Source: Candidatus Levyibacteriota bacterium (GTDB taxonomy: Bacteria; Patescibacteriota; Microgenomatia; Levybacterales; UBA12049). From it: DNA of 64,000 nt. The translations under genes were made by a program, and so were the position numbers. Each line of letters starts with the position of its first letter. Position 1 is the stretch's first letter. The stretch spans positions 4,721 through 68,720 of the forward strand of contig CAWBPM010000002.1 of assembly GCA_963790825.1 (NCBI GenBank), read 5' to 3'. Shown here piece by piece: positions 9,217 through 18,776 of this stretch. The notes beneath the pieces were generated by a model. That model did not search any database. It had not been told where the DNA came from and saw only the letters and a list, made by a program, of their open reading frames with translations.

Positions 9217-10542
9217 ATGGAAAAATTTATTATTCGAGGTGGTAAAAAACTTTCAGGCAGTGTTTCCGTATCGGGAGCAAAAAACGTTTCTTTAAAAACA
9301 CTCGTCGCAGCATGTCTGACCGAAGAAGAAGTAATTATTCACAATATCCCTCTCATTTCGGATTTTTTAGTCATGGTTGATATTATTAAAGAACTCGGGG
9401 GAACTGTTCGAATAGAGGACCATACAGCCCGGATACAAATTAAAAAATTCAGTCAACACAGAATTTCCTTAGATGACGCGTCGCATATCAGGACATCTTC
9501 GATGTTCATTTCTCCACTTCTTGTGCGGTGCGGAGAAGCAATTATTCCAAACCCTGGAGGTTGCAGGATCGGTGCGCGTCCGATTGATAGGATAATCGAA
9601 GGGCTTGAGAAAATGGGAGCAGATATCGTCTATCACAGTGAAGATGGTTACTTCCATGCAAAAACCTCAGGACTACACGCCGCAACCTATCATTTTGAAA
9701 AAAGTACTCATACGGGAACAGAGACACTCCTTATTGCTGCGGTTTTAGCAAAAGGGAAAACAATTTTAGAAAACGCCGCCCTAGAACCCGAAATTGACGA
9801 ACTTATTGATCTGCTTTGCCAAATGGGAGCCAAGATTAAGAGAACAAAAGAGCGGCGAATCGAGATTGATGGAGTTAGTAGTCTTCATGGTACTGAATTT
9901 ACCATTCAGCCTGACAGAAATGAGATTGTTACGTTTGCTATAGCAGCTCTCATGACGGAGGGGGATATTTTTGTCAAAGGGGCGAAAAAAGCAGCAATTG
10001 GTGCATTTATCAATACCCTTGAAAAAACAGGAGGAGGATATGAGGAAAAAAACGGAGGACTGCGATTTTTTTATAAAGGTCCACTTAAACCAACTACGAT
10101 TATTACAAGTCCTCATCCCGGATTTATGACTGATTGGCATGCGCCATGGGCAGTTCTGATGACAAAAGCAGACGGTGTATCCACGCTTCACGAAACAGTG
10201 TTTGAAAATAAATTCGGGTATGTCGAGGAACTGCGAAAGATGGGAGCCAAAATTACGCTCTTCAATCCTGAAATAACAGATCCCAAAGCTGTCTATAACT
10301 TTAATATTGAAGATGATAATGGTTATAAACACGCAGCGAAAATTTATGGGAATACCAGGCTACATGAAGCGGTGATGACAATTTCCGATCTGCGTGCAGG
10401 AGCATCCTTAGTTCTGGCAGCATTGTCAGCTCGGGGGGAAAGTATCATTCACGGAGTAGCGCTGGTAGATAGGGGGTATGAGAAATTTGATAAACGATTA
10501 CAACATTTAGGTGCAGATATTGAAAGGATAAAAGATGAATAA
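9217..10542 (+). CDS. murA: UDP-N-acetylglucosamine 1-carboxyvinyltransferase
   Basis: Active-site loop PGGCRIGARPID (catalytic Cys) and EPT-family blocks. Length is 441 aa. Confidence 0.85.
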   Translation: MEKFIIRGGKKLSGSVSVSGAKNVSLKTLVAACLTEEEVIIHNIPLISDFLVMVDIIKELGGTVRIEDHTARIQIKKFSQHRISLDDASHIRTSSMFISPLLVRCGEAIIPNPGGCRIGARPIDRIIEGLEKMGADIVYHSEDGYFHAKTSGLHAATYHFEKSTHTGTETLLIAAVLAKGKTILENAALEPEIDELIDLLCQMGAKIKRTKERRIEIDGVSSLHGTEFTIQPDRNEIVTFAIAALMTEGDIFVKGAKKAAIGAFINTLEKTGGGYEEKNGGLRFFYKGPLKPTTIITSPHPGFMTDWHAPWAVLMTKADGVSTLHETVFENKFGYVEELRKMGAKITLFNPEITDPKAVYNFNIEDDNGYKHAAKIYGNTRLHEAVMTISDLRAGASLVLAALSARGESIIHGVALVDRGYEKFDKRLQHLGADIERIKDE

Positions 10543-11308
10543 TACTGCAACTACTACTTTTACATCACTTGGCTCTATCATCCTCGCCGGTGGGAAAGGA
10601 AAACGAATGGGTCTTACGGAAACGAATAAAGTTACGCTTATTCTGGGAAATAAACCGATCATTCAACACATCGTTCATTTCATGAAAAACATCGGACTTG
10701 AAAAAATTATAGTAGTTGTGGGGCACGCAAAAGAATCAGTAATGAATACATTGCAGGGAGAACGGGTATTATTTGCCGAACAAACAGAACAACTCGGTAC
10801 CGGACATGCAGTTGCGATTGCACTGGAAAAGTTAGCAAAAGAAGTTACCGATGTCTTTGTCGTGTATGGCGATGACGCGGTTATTTATATTGACGATCAT
10901 ATTTCAATTATCCGATCACTATTCGAAAAACATTTTCAAATGCACGCCGCATTAACGTTTCTTACCATTAATGTTTCAAACCCACAAGGGCTTGGAAGAA
11001 TTGTTCGAGACGTAAACGACGAAGTTCTGGCAATTGTTGAAGAAAAGGACGCAACTAATGCGCAGAGGAAAATTTGTGAAATTAATCCCGGATGTTTTGT
11101 ATTTAATGTCGAATTCTTGAAGAATTATCTTCCCAAAGTTAAAAAAAGTCCGGTTACAGGAGAGTATTATTTAACCAGTCTTATTGATATGGCAATTGAA
11201 AATAAGGAAATTGTAGAAACAGTAAAGGGTGGACGGCTAGCTTGGCGGGGTGTAAATACACCCGATGAGCTAAAAGAAGCAGAGCAATTCTTTACGAAAG
11301 GTTATTAA
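10535..11308 (+). CDS. sugar-1-phosphate nucleotidyltransferase (GlmU N-terminal-like, no hexapeptide acetyltransferase domain)
   Basis: LAGGKGKRM signature followed by GTGHA. At 257 aa it ends before any left-handed beta-helix repeats would begin. Confidence 0.6.
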   Translation: MNNTATTTFTSLGSIILAGGKGKRMGLTETNKVTLILGNKPIIQHIVHFMKNIGLEKIIVVVGHAKESVMNTLQGERVLFAEQTEQLGTGHAVAIALEKLAKEVTDVFVVYGDDAVIYIDDHISIIRSLFEKHFQMHAALTFLTINVSNPQGLGRIVRDVNDEVLAIVEEKDATNAQRKICEINPGCFVFNVEFLKNYLPKVKKSPVTGEYYLTSLIDMAIENKEIVETVKGGRLAWRGVNTPDELKEAEQFFTKGY

Positions 11309-11311
11309 TGT

Positions 11312-11758
11312 ATGCAAGGTAATATCGTGGTTGAACAAGTGAAGACATTTTCTCCGCAGATTGCAGAATCAATCCGTAAACTCACCAAGCAACTAGATGA
11401 TCAATTTGAACCGTTATCCGATGAAGAGATAGAAGTAATGATAACATCGTCTTGCAATCATCTATTTGTCGCTCGTCACTCTGACAGTGACCTAATTATA
11501 GGAATGGTAACATTAATCCTATACAGAATACCTTATACAAAAAAAGGGATTGTCGAAGATTTAGTGGTAGATACATCATTTCGGGGACAAGGAATTGCCA
11601 AGAAGCTAATTAGTAGAGTTCTTAAAAAGGCCCAGGAAGAAGAAGTATATTATGTAGATTTAACCTCACAACCAATGCGTGAATCAGCCAATATTCTCTA
11701 CAAACAACTGGGGTTTGAGGAACGGAATACCAATTCCTATCGACTGAAATTACGATAA
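11312..11758 (+). CDS. GNAT family N-acetyltransferase (candidate glucosamine-phosphate N-acetyltransferase by context)
   Basis: Motif A RGQGIAKKLISRVL. Length is 148 aa. The proposed function is inferred from operon context only. Confidence 0.5.
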   Translation: MQGNIVVEQVKTFSPQIAESIRKLTKQLDDQFEPLSDEEIEVMITSSCNHLFVARHSDSDLIIGMVTLILYRIPYTKKGIVEDLVVDTSFRGQGIAKKLISRVLKKAQEEEVYYVDLTSQPMRESANILYKQLGFEERNTNSYRLKLR

Positions 11759-12234
11759 TGGACATGAGAAAAGTTGTTTTATTTGATATAGACTATACAC
11801 TTTTTGACACAGATACATTTAAAAAGTCAGGCTTGGAGATGTATGCGCTTTACGAAGAAGTGATACCTGTTCTGGTAGAAATTGGGAAAATAGCAAAGTT
11901 GGGTATTTTCTCTGAAGGTGATGAGGATTTTCAACAAACAAAGCTCATAAAAACCAATTTACAGAAGTATTTTCCAAAAGAATATATCCATATCGCTCAG
12001 AAAAAAACAGATATCTTGGAAAAAATGTTAAAAGAATATACAGACCAACAGCTTTTTCTTGTTGATGATAAGTTACCTGTGCTGTATGACGCGAGCAGGA
12101 AACGGCCGGGACTATATACTATCTGGATTAAGCGCGGAAAATATGCTACAGTGCAGCAGGAAATTGCTGGATTTATACCCAACGCGACAATATTGAATTT
12201 GAAGGAAATAATCCCGATTATTACAGGTATCTAA
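11758..12234 (+). CDS. small HAD-superfamily hydrolase
   Basis: Motif I FDIDYTLFD (DxDxT), a S/T motif GIFSEG, and a DD motif LVDDK. Confidence 0.55.
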   Translation: MDMRKVVLFDIDYTLFDTDTFKKSGLEMYALYEEVIPVLVEIGKIAKLGIFSEGDEDFQQTKLIKTNLQKYFPKEYIHIAQKKTDILEKMLKEYTDQQLFLVDDKLPVLYDASRKRPGLYTIWIKRGKYATVQQEIAGFIPNATILNLKEIIPIITGI

Positions 12235-12284
12235 TATGTATGGAATTTTTGGAGCGGAGCGAATGAAATGAGTGAGCTCGCTTG

Positions 12285-12388
12285 CAAGCAAAGCGCAGAC
12301 AAGCGTGGGACGGAAGACGAAGTCTGAGTCCGCCTGCGATCCTGAGTTTCGAAGGATCAACAGGGGGTGGAGATGGGGAAGTAAAATT
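12285..12388 (+). ncRNA. glmS ribozyme: candidate glmS ribozyme / structured GC-rich leader of glmS
   Basis: A GC-rich non-coding stretch lies immediately 5' of the GlmS Met-Cys start. Its order A|GCGC ... GACGAAG ... CGAAGGAUCAACAGGGGGUGGAG parallels the B. subtilis glmS leader as I recall it (GACGAGG ... AAGGAU ... CAAGGGGGUGA), giving matches GACGARG, AAGGAU and AGGGGGUG. An ORF translation of this region would add 39 residues ahead of the obligatory Cys2 nucleophile, which is implausible. Confidence 0.5.
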
Positions 12389-14149
12389 ATGTGTGGAATT
12401 TTCGGATACGTCGGAAAACAGAATGATGCTGCCCAAATAATCCTTAAGGGACTAAAACTTCTCGAATACAGAGGTTATGATTCGTGGGGAATCGCGGTTA
12501 AAGAAGCAGGCAAATTAACCTTAGAAAAGCACGTTGGGAAAATTGGTAATGCCGAGACGGTCCTTCCTCAAAGTAGGCTGGGAATTGGACATACCAGATG
12601 GGCAACACATGGGGGCGTAACTGTTGCTAACGCGCATCCGCACCTGGATTGTACGAAAACAATTGCAGTTGTCCATAATGGTATTATTGAGAACTTTCAA
12701 GAATTAAAAGACGATTTGCTGAAAAAAGGACATGTATTTCTTTCAGAAACTGATACAGAAATATTACCGCATTTGATTGAAGAAAATTTAAAGAAAGAAG
12801 GTTTTGCCTCTGCAGTCAGAGATACGTTTAATACACTTCACGGTATGAACGCAATAGTCGCCCTCTTTGCTCCCTCCCAGGAAATTATTGCTGCAAAAAA
12901 CGGATCACCAATGGTGGTGGGAATTGGAAAAAATGAATTATTTGTTGCTTCGGATGTCTCAGGAATTATTCAACATACCCGCGACGTTTTATTTCTCAAA
13001 GATCACGAAATGGTAATTTTAGGTAAAGACATGCAACTGCTTAAACTTCCAAATGGTGAAAAATTATCGCCAAATATTGAAACAGCTGACTGGAAAATAG
13101 AAGACAGCCAAAAAGATGATTTCCCACATTTTATGATTAAGGAAATTAACGAGCAGCCGAGAATTATGCGCAATATTGCCGGAAATTACCTAGACCAAAT
13201 CACAAGAATAAGTGAGACGATAAAATCTTCCAGAGGAACTTTTTTCATTGGTGCAGGTACGGCATTTCATGCTTGTCTGGCCGGAACATATCTTTTTTCC
13301 AAGATTTCACATGTTCACGTGAATACTGCTGTAGCATCGGAATTTAATTATCTGGAGGATTTTCTAACCAAGGAGAGTTTGGTTATTGCACTGTCTCAGT
13401 CGGGAGAAACGATCGATGTCATTGAACCGTTGAATAGAGCGAGAGAAAAAGGCAGCAGGATTGTGGCGATTGTGAATGCGCTTGGATCGAGTATTTATCG
13501 GATGTCTGATGATAGACTTCTTCTTAATGCCGGTACTGAGAAAGCTGTTGCCTCGACTAAAGCGTATATTGCAAAGCTAACTGTCTTACTACTTCTCTCA
13601 TACGCGATGATAGGAAAAGTAAATGAGGCGGCTGCTCTTGTTATGCGGGCGGCGGATGAAATAGAGAAACTATTAGAAGAGGAGAGTCTGGAAAAGCTGA
13701 AAAATATTGTCAAAGTACTCAGTAAATCTGAACACATCTATGTTATTGGCCGAGGGATGTCATATGCATCCTCACTTGAAGCAGCCCTGAAGATAAAGGA
13801 AGTAAGCTACATTCATACCGAAGGACTGGCAGGCGGAGAACTAAAGCACGGAACCATCGCATTAATTTCCGAGGGTACTCCTTGCATTGTTTTTGCACCG
13901 TCCGATGAAACCTATGATGCTATGATTTCAAATGCCACAGAAATTAAAGCTCGTGGAGGAATTATCATCGGCATTGGTACGAAAAAATCTGCAGTATTTG
14001 ACTACTGGATAGAAATTGCAAACTTAAAAGATGCAAATATTCTCAGTCAAATTATTCCCGCTCAGCTCTTAGCCTACTACTTAGCGACTCGAAAAGGTCT
14101 TGATCCGGACAAACCAAGAAATCTAGCCAAAAGTGTTACGGTAAAGTGA
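12389..14149 (+). CDS. glmS: glutamine--fructose-6-phosphate aminotransferase (isomerizing)
   Basis: MCGIFGY N-terminal nucleophile, two SIS domains and a C-terminal KSVTVK... ending. GGAG lies 14 nt upstream. The listed ORF start at 12272 is an in-frame read-through of the leader. Confidence 0.9.
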   Translation: MCGIFGYVGKQNDAAQIILKGLKLLEYRGYDSWGIAVKEAGKLTLEKHVGKIGNAETVLPQSRLGIGHTRWATHGGVTVANAHPHLDCTKTIAVVHNGIIENFQELKDDLLKKGHVFLSETDTEILPHLIEENLKKEGFASAVRDTFNTLHGMNAIVALFAPSQEIIAAKNGSPMVVGIGKNELFVASDVSGIIQHTRDVLFLKDHEMVILGKDMQLLKLPNGEKLSPNIETADWKIEDSQKDDFPHFMIKEINEQPRIMRNIAGNYLDQITRISETIKSSRGTFFIGAGTAFHACLAGTYLFSKISHVHVNTAVASEFNYLEDFLTKESLVIALSQSGETIDVIEPLNRAREKGSRIVAIVNALGSSIYRMSDDRLLLNAGTEKAVASTKAYIAKLTVLLLLSYAMIGKVNEAAALVMRAADEIEKLLEEESLEKLKNIVKVLSKSEHIYVIGRGMSYASSLEAALKIKEVSYIHTEGLAGGELKHGTIALISEGTPCIVFAPSDETYDAMISNATEIKARGGIIIGIGTKKSAVFDYWIEIANLKDANILSQIIPAQLLAYYLATRKGLDPDKPRNLAKSVTVK

Positions 14150-14191
14150 AAAAATCTTTCCCCTGCCCTTCTATTTTTCTGATTCAATGGT

Positions 14192-15385
14192 ATGAGTACG
14201 CTTGTTACTTTCATTAGTATTGCGTTTTTTATATGGATACTGCGAAGTATTTTGTTTTGGGTAACCATTTGGCAAAAAAGCAATTACCACCTGCGTGAAT
14301 TTTTTACCTTTGAAAAACGTTATCATCTACGGTCGAAAATTTCCGTCTATTTCTCTTACTTAAAATTATTATTAATCGCCGGATATGGCATCGTTGTTTT
14401 TCACGATAACTTACTTCTTTCTTATCAAATCCTGGTAACAAGTGTAATCTTGCTGCAATTACTTTTCATATTTCGCGAGATAATTTCCGGGACATTTACT
14501 TTCCCCAAACTTACACTGAAAACCATAACGATTTCTTTGCTTACCTTCATTATTATTTATGGTTTGTTCTCTCTCTATTTAGTTGAACAATTTTTCTTCT
14601 TTTTACTTCTTGACAGAATGGTTCCAATTCTTGTCATGATGTTTGTGTTTCTCTTCTCATTCCCATCTGAGATATATGAAGATGTAGAACTGGAACAAGC
14701 GGCAAAAAGAATCCAAAAAAATCCGGATTTAATACGAGTACTAATCGTTGGAGAAGGGTTTGGGATAAGAGAATATCTGACCCAAATGCTGGAAACAAAA
14801 TTCTCAATTTTATCACTGTCATCAAAAGAAAACTCTCTGCTTGATATAGCGCGAATTATTTTAAAAAAAATAGATATATCTCTTAAAATTTGTCTTATCG
14901 AAACGAAAACAGACCCTAAAGATACTCTAACTGCGTTAATAGAAATTCTTAATCCGCAAATCGTCGTTTTCGCAGATTGCAGAACAGAAAAAGAGTATGA
15001 TGAGTTTAAAGTACTGCTCCGCACATTACCTCGCAATAGTGAGATTCTCTTTAATGGGACGAATACTAGACTTTTTAAGCTCTATATCAAAACACGTCGG
15101 TTTTTAGGCAAACAGAGAAACATTATTTATACATTTACCGAGGACAAAACAAAAGCTATGTATGCATTACCCGCAAAAGTTCCCGGGCTTTTCGCATATC
15201 GCTTTCTGAATAAAAAAAGGAAAACATACGTAAAAATGGTAAAGAACACTAAAAGTACCCAATTAATATTACCAAGTAGCGACAGGGAGGAGGTGGAAAA
15301 GATACTTCCGGTTATTTTTATCGCAGACTATCTGGGAATCAGCCGGGAAGAGATTGAAAAAAATATAACCTCACTACTATCCTAA
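14192..15385 (+). CDS. hypothetical membrane protein (about 5 N-terminal TM helices plus a ~230 aa soluble C-terminal domain)
   Basis: Hydrophobic N-terminal third; no recognisable motifs. It sits between glmS and mraY, where murF is usually found. Confidence 0.5.
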   Translation: MSTLVTFISIAFFIWILRSILFWVTIWQKSNYHLREFFTFEKRYHLRSKISVYFSYLKLLLIAGYGIVVFHDNLLLSYQILVTSVILLQLLFIFREIISGTFTFPKLTLKTITISLLTFIIIYGLFSLYLVEQFFFFLLLDRMVPILVMMFVFLFSFPSEIYEDVELEQAAKRIQKNPDLIRVLIVGEGFGIREYLTQMLETKFSILSLSSKENSLLDIARIILKKIDISLKICLIETKTDPKDTLTALIEILNPQIVVFADCRTEKEYDEFKVLLRTLPRNSEILFNGTNTRLFKLYIKTRRFLGKQRNIIYTFTEDKTKAMYALPAKVPGLFAYRFLNKKRKTYVKMVKNTKSTQLILPSSDREEVEKILPVIFIADYLGISREEIEKNITSLLS

Positions 15386-15447
15386 ATTTGTTTCAATAAA
15401 GCTCTTCTATTTGAATAAAAAAAGGCGGAAGAGTATAATAATAACCT

Positions 15448-16455
15448 ATGGCAGAAATTCTGGGACTTATTATCATGTCCTGCTTCATTTCAGCAATTCT
15501 TTTCGTACCATTTATTGACTTTCTCTATAAAATTAAGCTCAGGCGGCAAAAACAACAAACCCGCGATATGTTTGATAAGAGAACTCCGCTTTTTGATAAA
15601 TATAATTCATGGAAAGTCGGTACGCCATTTGGTGGAGGTATACTGATCATCCTCCTGGTAACGATACTTTCTTTCTGGGCCTACGGAATTTTTGCCATAA
15701 AAGCTAATCCATGGGAAATGTTTGTCATTTTTTTCTCATTTATTAGCTTCGGTTTACTGGGACTTTATGATGATTTGAGAAAATTGGTAAACAATAGGAA
15801 GAATCCTTTCTGGGGCTTGCGCTTCAGACATAAGTTTTTTATCCAGTGGATACTTGCTTTTATCGTCGCTTCAGCTCTCTTTTTCCAACTCCACATCTCG
15901 TTTATTAATATTCACTGGATCGGGAAAATAGAAATTGGCATGCTTTTTATACCGTTTGCTGCTTTTATCATCGTGGCATTTGTCAACGCATTCAATATTA
16001 CTGATGGCCTGGATGGCTTGGCCTCTGGCGTTCTACTTATTTGTTTAACTGCATTTTTACTTATCACGCAATTTCTTGATCCCACGCTTGGAGTATTTAT
16101 CGCAGTACTTCTTGGTTCAATCATAGCATTTCTTTACTTTAATATTTATAAAGCCAGGTTATGGTTGGGTGACGTAGGATCACTATCGCTGGGTGCTGCG
16201 CTTGCGGTTATCGGACTGTTAACCGGAAAGACCCTAGCTTTAGGTGTAATCGGCGGCGTATTTGTCCTGGAAGTAGCATCTTCCTTAATGCAGCTTATGT
16301 CTAAGAAATATCTGGGAAGAAAAATTATACCGGCAGCGCCTCTCCATTTATATTTTCTGAAACGAGGGTGGGAAGAGCCGAAAATAGTCATGCGTACTTG
16401 GTTAATTGGAATTTTTTTCGCAATAATCGGTTTATATACCGCTCTCGCCAGTTAA
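15448..16455 (+). CDS. mraY: phospho-N-acetylmuramoyl-pentapeptide transferase
   Basis: NAFNITDGLDGLASG and DDxxK blocks of the MraY/WecA family. Placed before ftsW-murG in the cluster. Confidence 0.8.
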   Translation: MAEILGLIIMSCFISAILFVPFIDFLYKIKLRRQKQQTRDMFDKRTPLFDKYNSWKVGTPFGGGILIILLVTILSFWAYGIFAIKANPWEMFVIFFSFISFGLLGLYDDLRKLVNNRKNPFWGLRFRHKFFIQWILAFIVASALFFQLHISFINIHWIGKIEIGMLFIPFAAFIIVAFVNAFNITDGLDGLASGVLLICLTAFLLITQFLDPTLGVFIAVLLGSIIAFLYFNIYKARLWLGDVGSLSLGAALAVIGLLTGKTLALGVIGGVFVLEVASSLMQLMSKKYLGRKIIPAAPLHLYFLKRGWEEPKIVMRTWLIGIFFAIIGLYTALAS

Positions 16456-16475
16456 CAGCAGTTAACGCCAGTTAA
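16446..16475. repeat. 3 x 10-bp tandem repeat (GCCAGTTAAC / AGCAGTTAAC / GCCAGTTAAT) spanning the mraY stop codon
   Basis: Read directly from the sequence. Each unit contains TAA, so stops are present in all three forward frames. Confidence 0.8.
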
Positions 16476-16563
16476 TCTTCCAATATTTTGCATCTTCGTT
16501 ATAATCAAAACAAAAGCACAGTAATGAAAATAATCGTAATTTCTTATACAATAGATACTAACT

Positions 16564-17658
16564 ATGAAACGAATTGACCACCTGTTAATCTTAACAATTG
16601 TCATACTGACTGTATTTGGCTTGCTAATGGTCTATAATGCGTCATCGGTTATCGCTTTCAGAAATTTCGGAGACAAATACCATTTTATTAAAGATCAATC
16701 TGTCTATGCTGCATTGGGATTTGTCTCACTTATTTTCTTTTCATTTTTCGACTATAGAAAATTGCACAAATTTTCTCTTCCGATATTTATTACTGCTATC
16801 GTTCTTTTGGCTCTTGTATTTATTCCTGGTATCGGTATTAAGGTCTTAGGGGCGCACCGGTGGGTAAATATGGGTCTGTTTATTATCCAGCCTACAGAGT
16901 TTGCGAAGCTCAGCTTGGCTATCTATATGGCTGCCTGGTTTTCTAAGAAAAATAAAGGCAGGCTTTTTTCTTTTGGGCTTTTAACAGGATTAGTATTACT
17001 GCTGATTATGGCCGAGCCGGATATGGGCACTGCTTCAATTATTTTGTTTGAGGCAATCGTTATCTATTTTCTTTCAGGTGCGGGTATCGGCCAGTTTGTT
17101 CTTATGACGCCTATTATTGCTATATTTGGCATTGTCTTTATTATTTTGGAACCATATCGTCTTTCTCGACTCACCACGTTTCTTAACTTGGGCCAATCTT
17201 TTCAAGGTGCGTCATATCAAGTAAGACAAGTACTTATCGGGATCGGATCGGGAGGCATTTTTGGAGTAGGACTCGGCAATTCTTTGCAAAAATATTCCTA
17301 CCTGCCGGAAATCTCAACCGATTCGATATTTGCGGTAATTGCCGAGGAGTTGGGTTTTATCGGGTCAACAATTCTAATTATCGCTTTTATGATAATTATT
17401 TGGCGGGGATTTTATATTGCTTCCCGTTCTTCAGACACATTTGGTAAGCTTCTCGCTGGGGGAATTACATCATTTTTGGGCATTCAAATGGTAATTAATC
17501 TTGCTGCGATGACAGCTCTCCTGCCCTTAACAGGCGTTCCTCTGCCTTTTATTTCTTACGGGGGTTCATCACTGGTTATTGATTTAAGCTCGATTGGTAT
17601 TCTTCTTAGTATTTCGCGAATACATACAAAACAAATGAAGCAAATAAGAAAAAAATGA
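16564..17658 (+). CDS. ftsW: SEDS family peptidoglycan glycosyltransferase FtsW
   Basis: 10-TM FtsW/RodA fold with conserved C-terminal PLPFISYGGSS. Located in the dcw cluster before murG. Confidence 0.8.
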   Translation: MKRIDHLLILTIVILTVFGLLMVYNASSVIAFRNFGDKYHFIKDQSVYAALGFVSLIFFSFFDYRKLHKFSLPIFITAIVLLALVFIPGIGIKVLGAHRWVNMGLFIIQPTEFAKLSLAIYMAAWFSKKNKGRLFSFGLLTGLVLLLIMAEPDMGTASIILFEAIVIYFLSGAGIGQFVLMTPIIAIFGIVFIILEPYRLSRLTTFLNLGQSFQGASYQVRQVLIGIGSGGIFGVGLGNSLQKYSYLPEISTDSIFAVIAEELGFIGSTILIIAFMIIIWRGFYIASRSSDTFGKLLAGGITSFLGIQMVINLAAMTALLPLTGVPLPFISYGGSSLVIDLSSIGILLSISRIHTKQMKQIRKK

Positions 17659-18776
17659 AAATTGCAATAATAGGCGGACATCTCGCGCCGGCTTTAGCAG
17701 TGATCGACGCATTACCGATTGATACGGAAATAGTTTTTATCGGTAGAAAATATGTCTTTGAAGCGGATAAAACCATTTCTTTGGAATATCAAACTATAAC
17801 CGACAGAAAAATTCCTTTTGAGATACTAAATACTGGAAGACTTCAGCGAAAGATCACGAAATATACAGTCCTGTCTTTGCTTAAATTGCCGATTGGCTTA
17901 CCACAAGCTATACGAATCCTAACAAGACATAAGCCCGATATCGTTTTAGGATTTGGTGGCTATCTATCAGTGCCCGTTATCACTGCGGCATATCTTATGC
18001 AGATTCCCTCAGTTATTCATGAGCAAACGTTAGGAGCAGGACTGGCAAATAAACTGATAGCGGTTTTTGCCAGGAAGATATGCATATCGTGGGAAAGTTC
18101 ACGAAAATTTTTCCCAGCCGCAAAAACTATTTTAACCGGGAATCCGGTACGGAAAGAAATTATAGAAGCTGAAAAACGAGAAAAGGAGGAACATGGGGAA
18201 AATGTCCTACCGACAATTTATATTACCGGCGGAAGCAGCGGATCTCATGCGATCAATATGCTGCTTCTGGGTTCGGCTGAGAAGCTTTTACAGAAGTACC
18301 ATCTTGTTCATCAAACAGGAGATGCCCAAAAATTCCAGGATTTCCAAAAGCTCGAGGAGCTTAAAAATACTTTACCTGAGAAAATGAGAGCAGACTATAC
18401 GATCCGAAAATTTATTGCACCTTCCGAAGTAGCAGAAAGAATTGCAAACGCCGATCTCGTAATATCGCGTTCAGGAATAAATACGGTTACCGAGTTATTA
18501 TATCTTAAGAAACCGGCGCTTCTCATCCCATTGCCTTTCAGTCAGAATAATGAACAGCTGGAGAATGCAAACTTTCTCAGAAAAGTCGGCCTGGCAGAAG
18601 TATATATACAGTCTTCGCTCACACAGGATATTTTCACAGATGTTGTTGAGCGGATGATGCAAGAAAGAAAACAATATACAATAAAAGAAGAGCTTGCTCT
18701 GCATAGAGACGCAACAGAAAAAATCATTGAGGTAATACTGCATGTGGCAAAGGAAAAGAAAAGTAAAACTTCGTAG
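17655..18776 (+). CDS. murG: UDP-GlcNAc:undecaprenyl-PP-MurNAc-pentapeptide GlcNAc transferase
   Basis: GT28 N-terminus IAIIGGH and a GGSSGSHAIN (GGSxGA) block. Has an ATGA overlap with ftsW. Confidence 0.8.
   Translation: MKIAIIGGHLAPALAVIDALPIDTEIVFIGRKYVFEADKTISLEYQTITDRKIPFEILNTGRLQRKITKYTVLSLLKLPIGLPQAIRILTRHKPDIVLGFGGYLSVPVITAAYLMQIPSVIHEQTLGAGLANKLIAVFARKICISWESSRKFFPAAKTILTGNPVRKEIIEAEKREKEEHGENVLPTIYITGGSSGSHAINMLLLGSAEKLLQKYHLVHQTGDAQKFQDFQKLEELKNTLPEKMRADYTIRKFIAPSEVAERIANADLVISRSGINTVTELLYLKKPALLIPLPFSQNNEQLENANFLRKVGLAEVYIQSSLTQDIFTDVVERMMQERKQYTIKEELALHRDATEKIIEVILHVAKEKKSKTS

Noticed and set aside
12272-12388. In-frame N-terminal extension of the glmS ORF (MSSLASKAQTSVGRKTKSESACDPEFRRINRGWRWGSKI...)
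   Set aside because: GlmS requires Cys as residue 2 after Met removal (MCGIFGY). The extension is the GC-rich structured leader, better explained as RNA.
12240-12391. Assigning the contig to Firmicutes because of a glmS-ribozyme-like leader
   Set aside because: Gene order and content argue against a typical Firmicute. The dcw cluster is permuted, DPM1-like GT2 genes lie beside GT-C transferases, there are no mraZ/mraW/ftsL/pbp genes, and there is no L27 propeptide or Prp. The lineage is left as inferred only.
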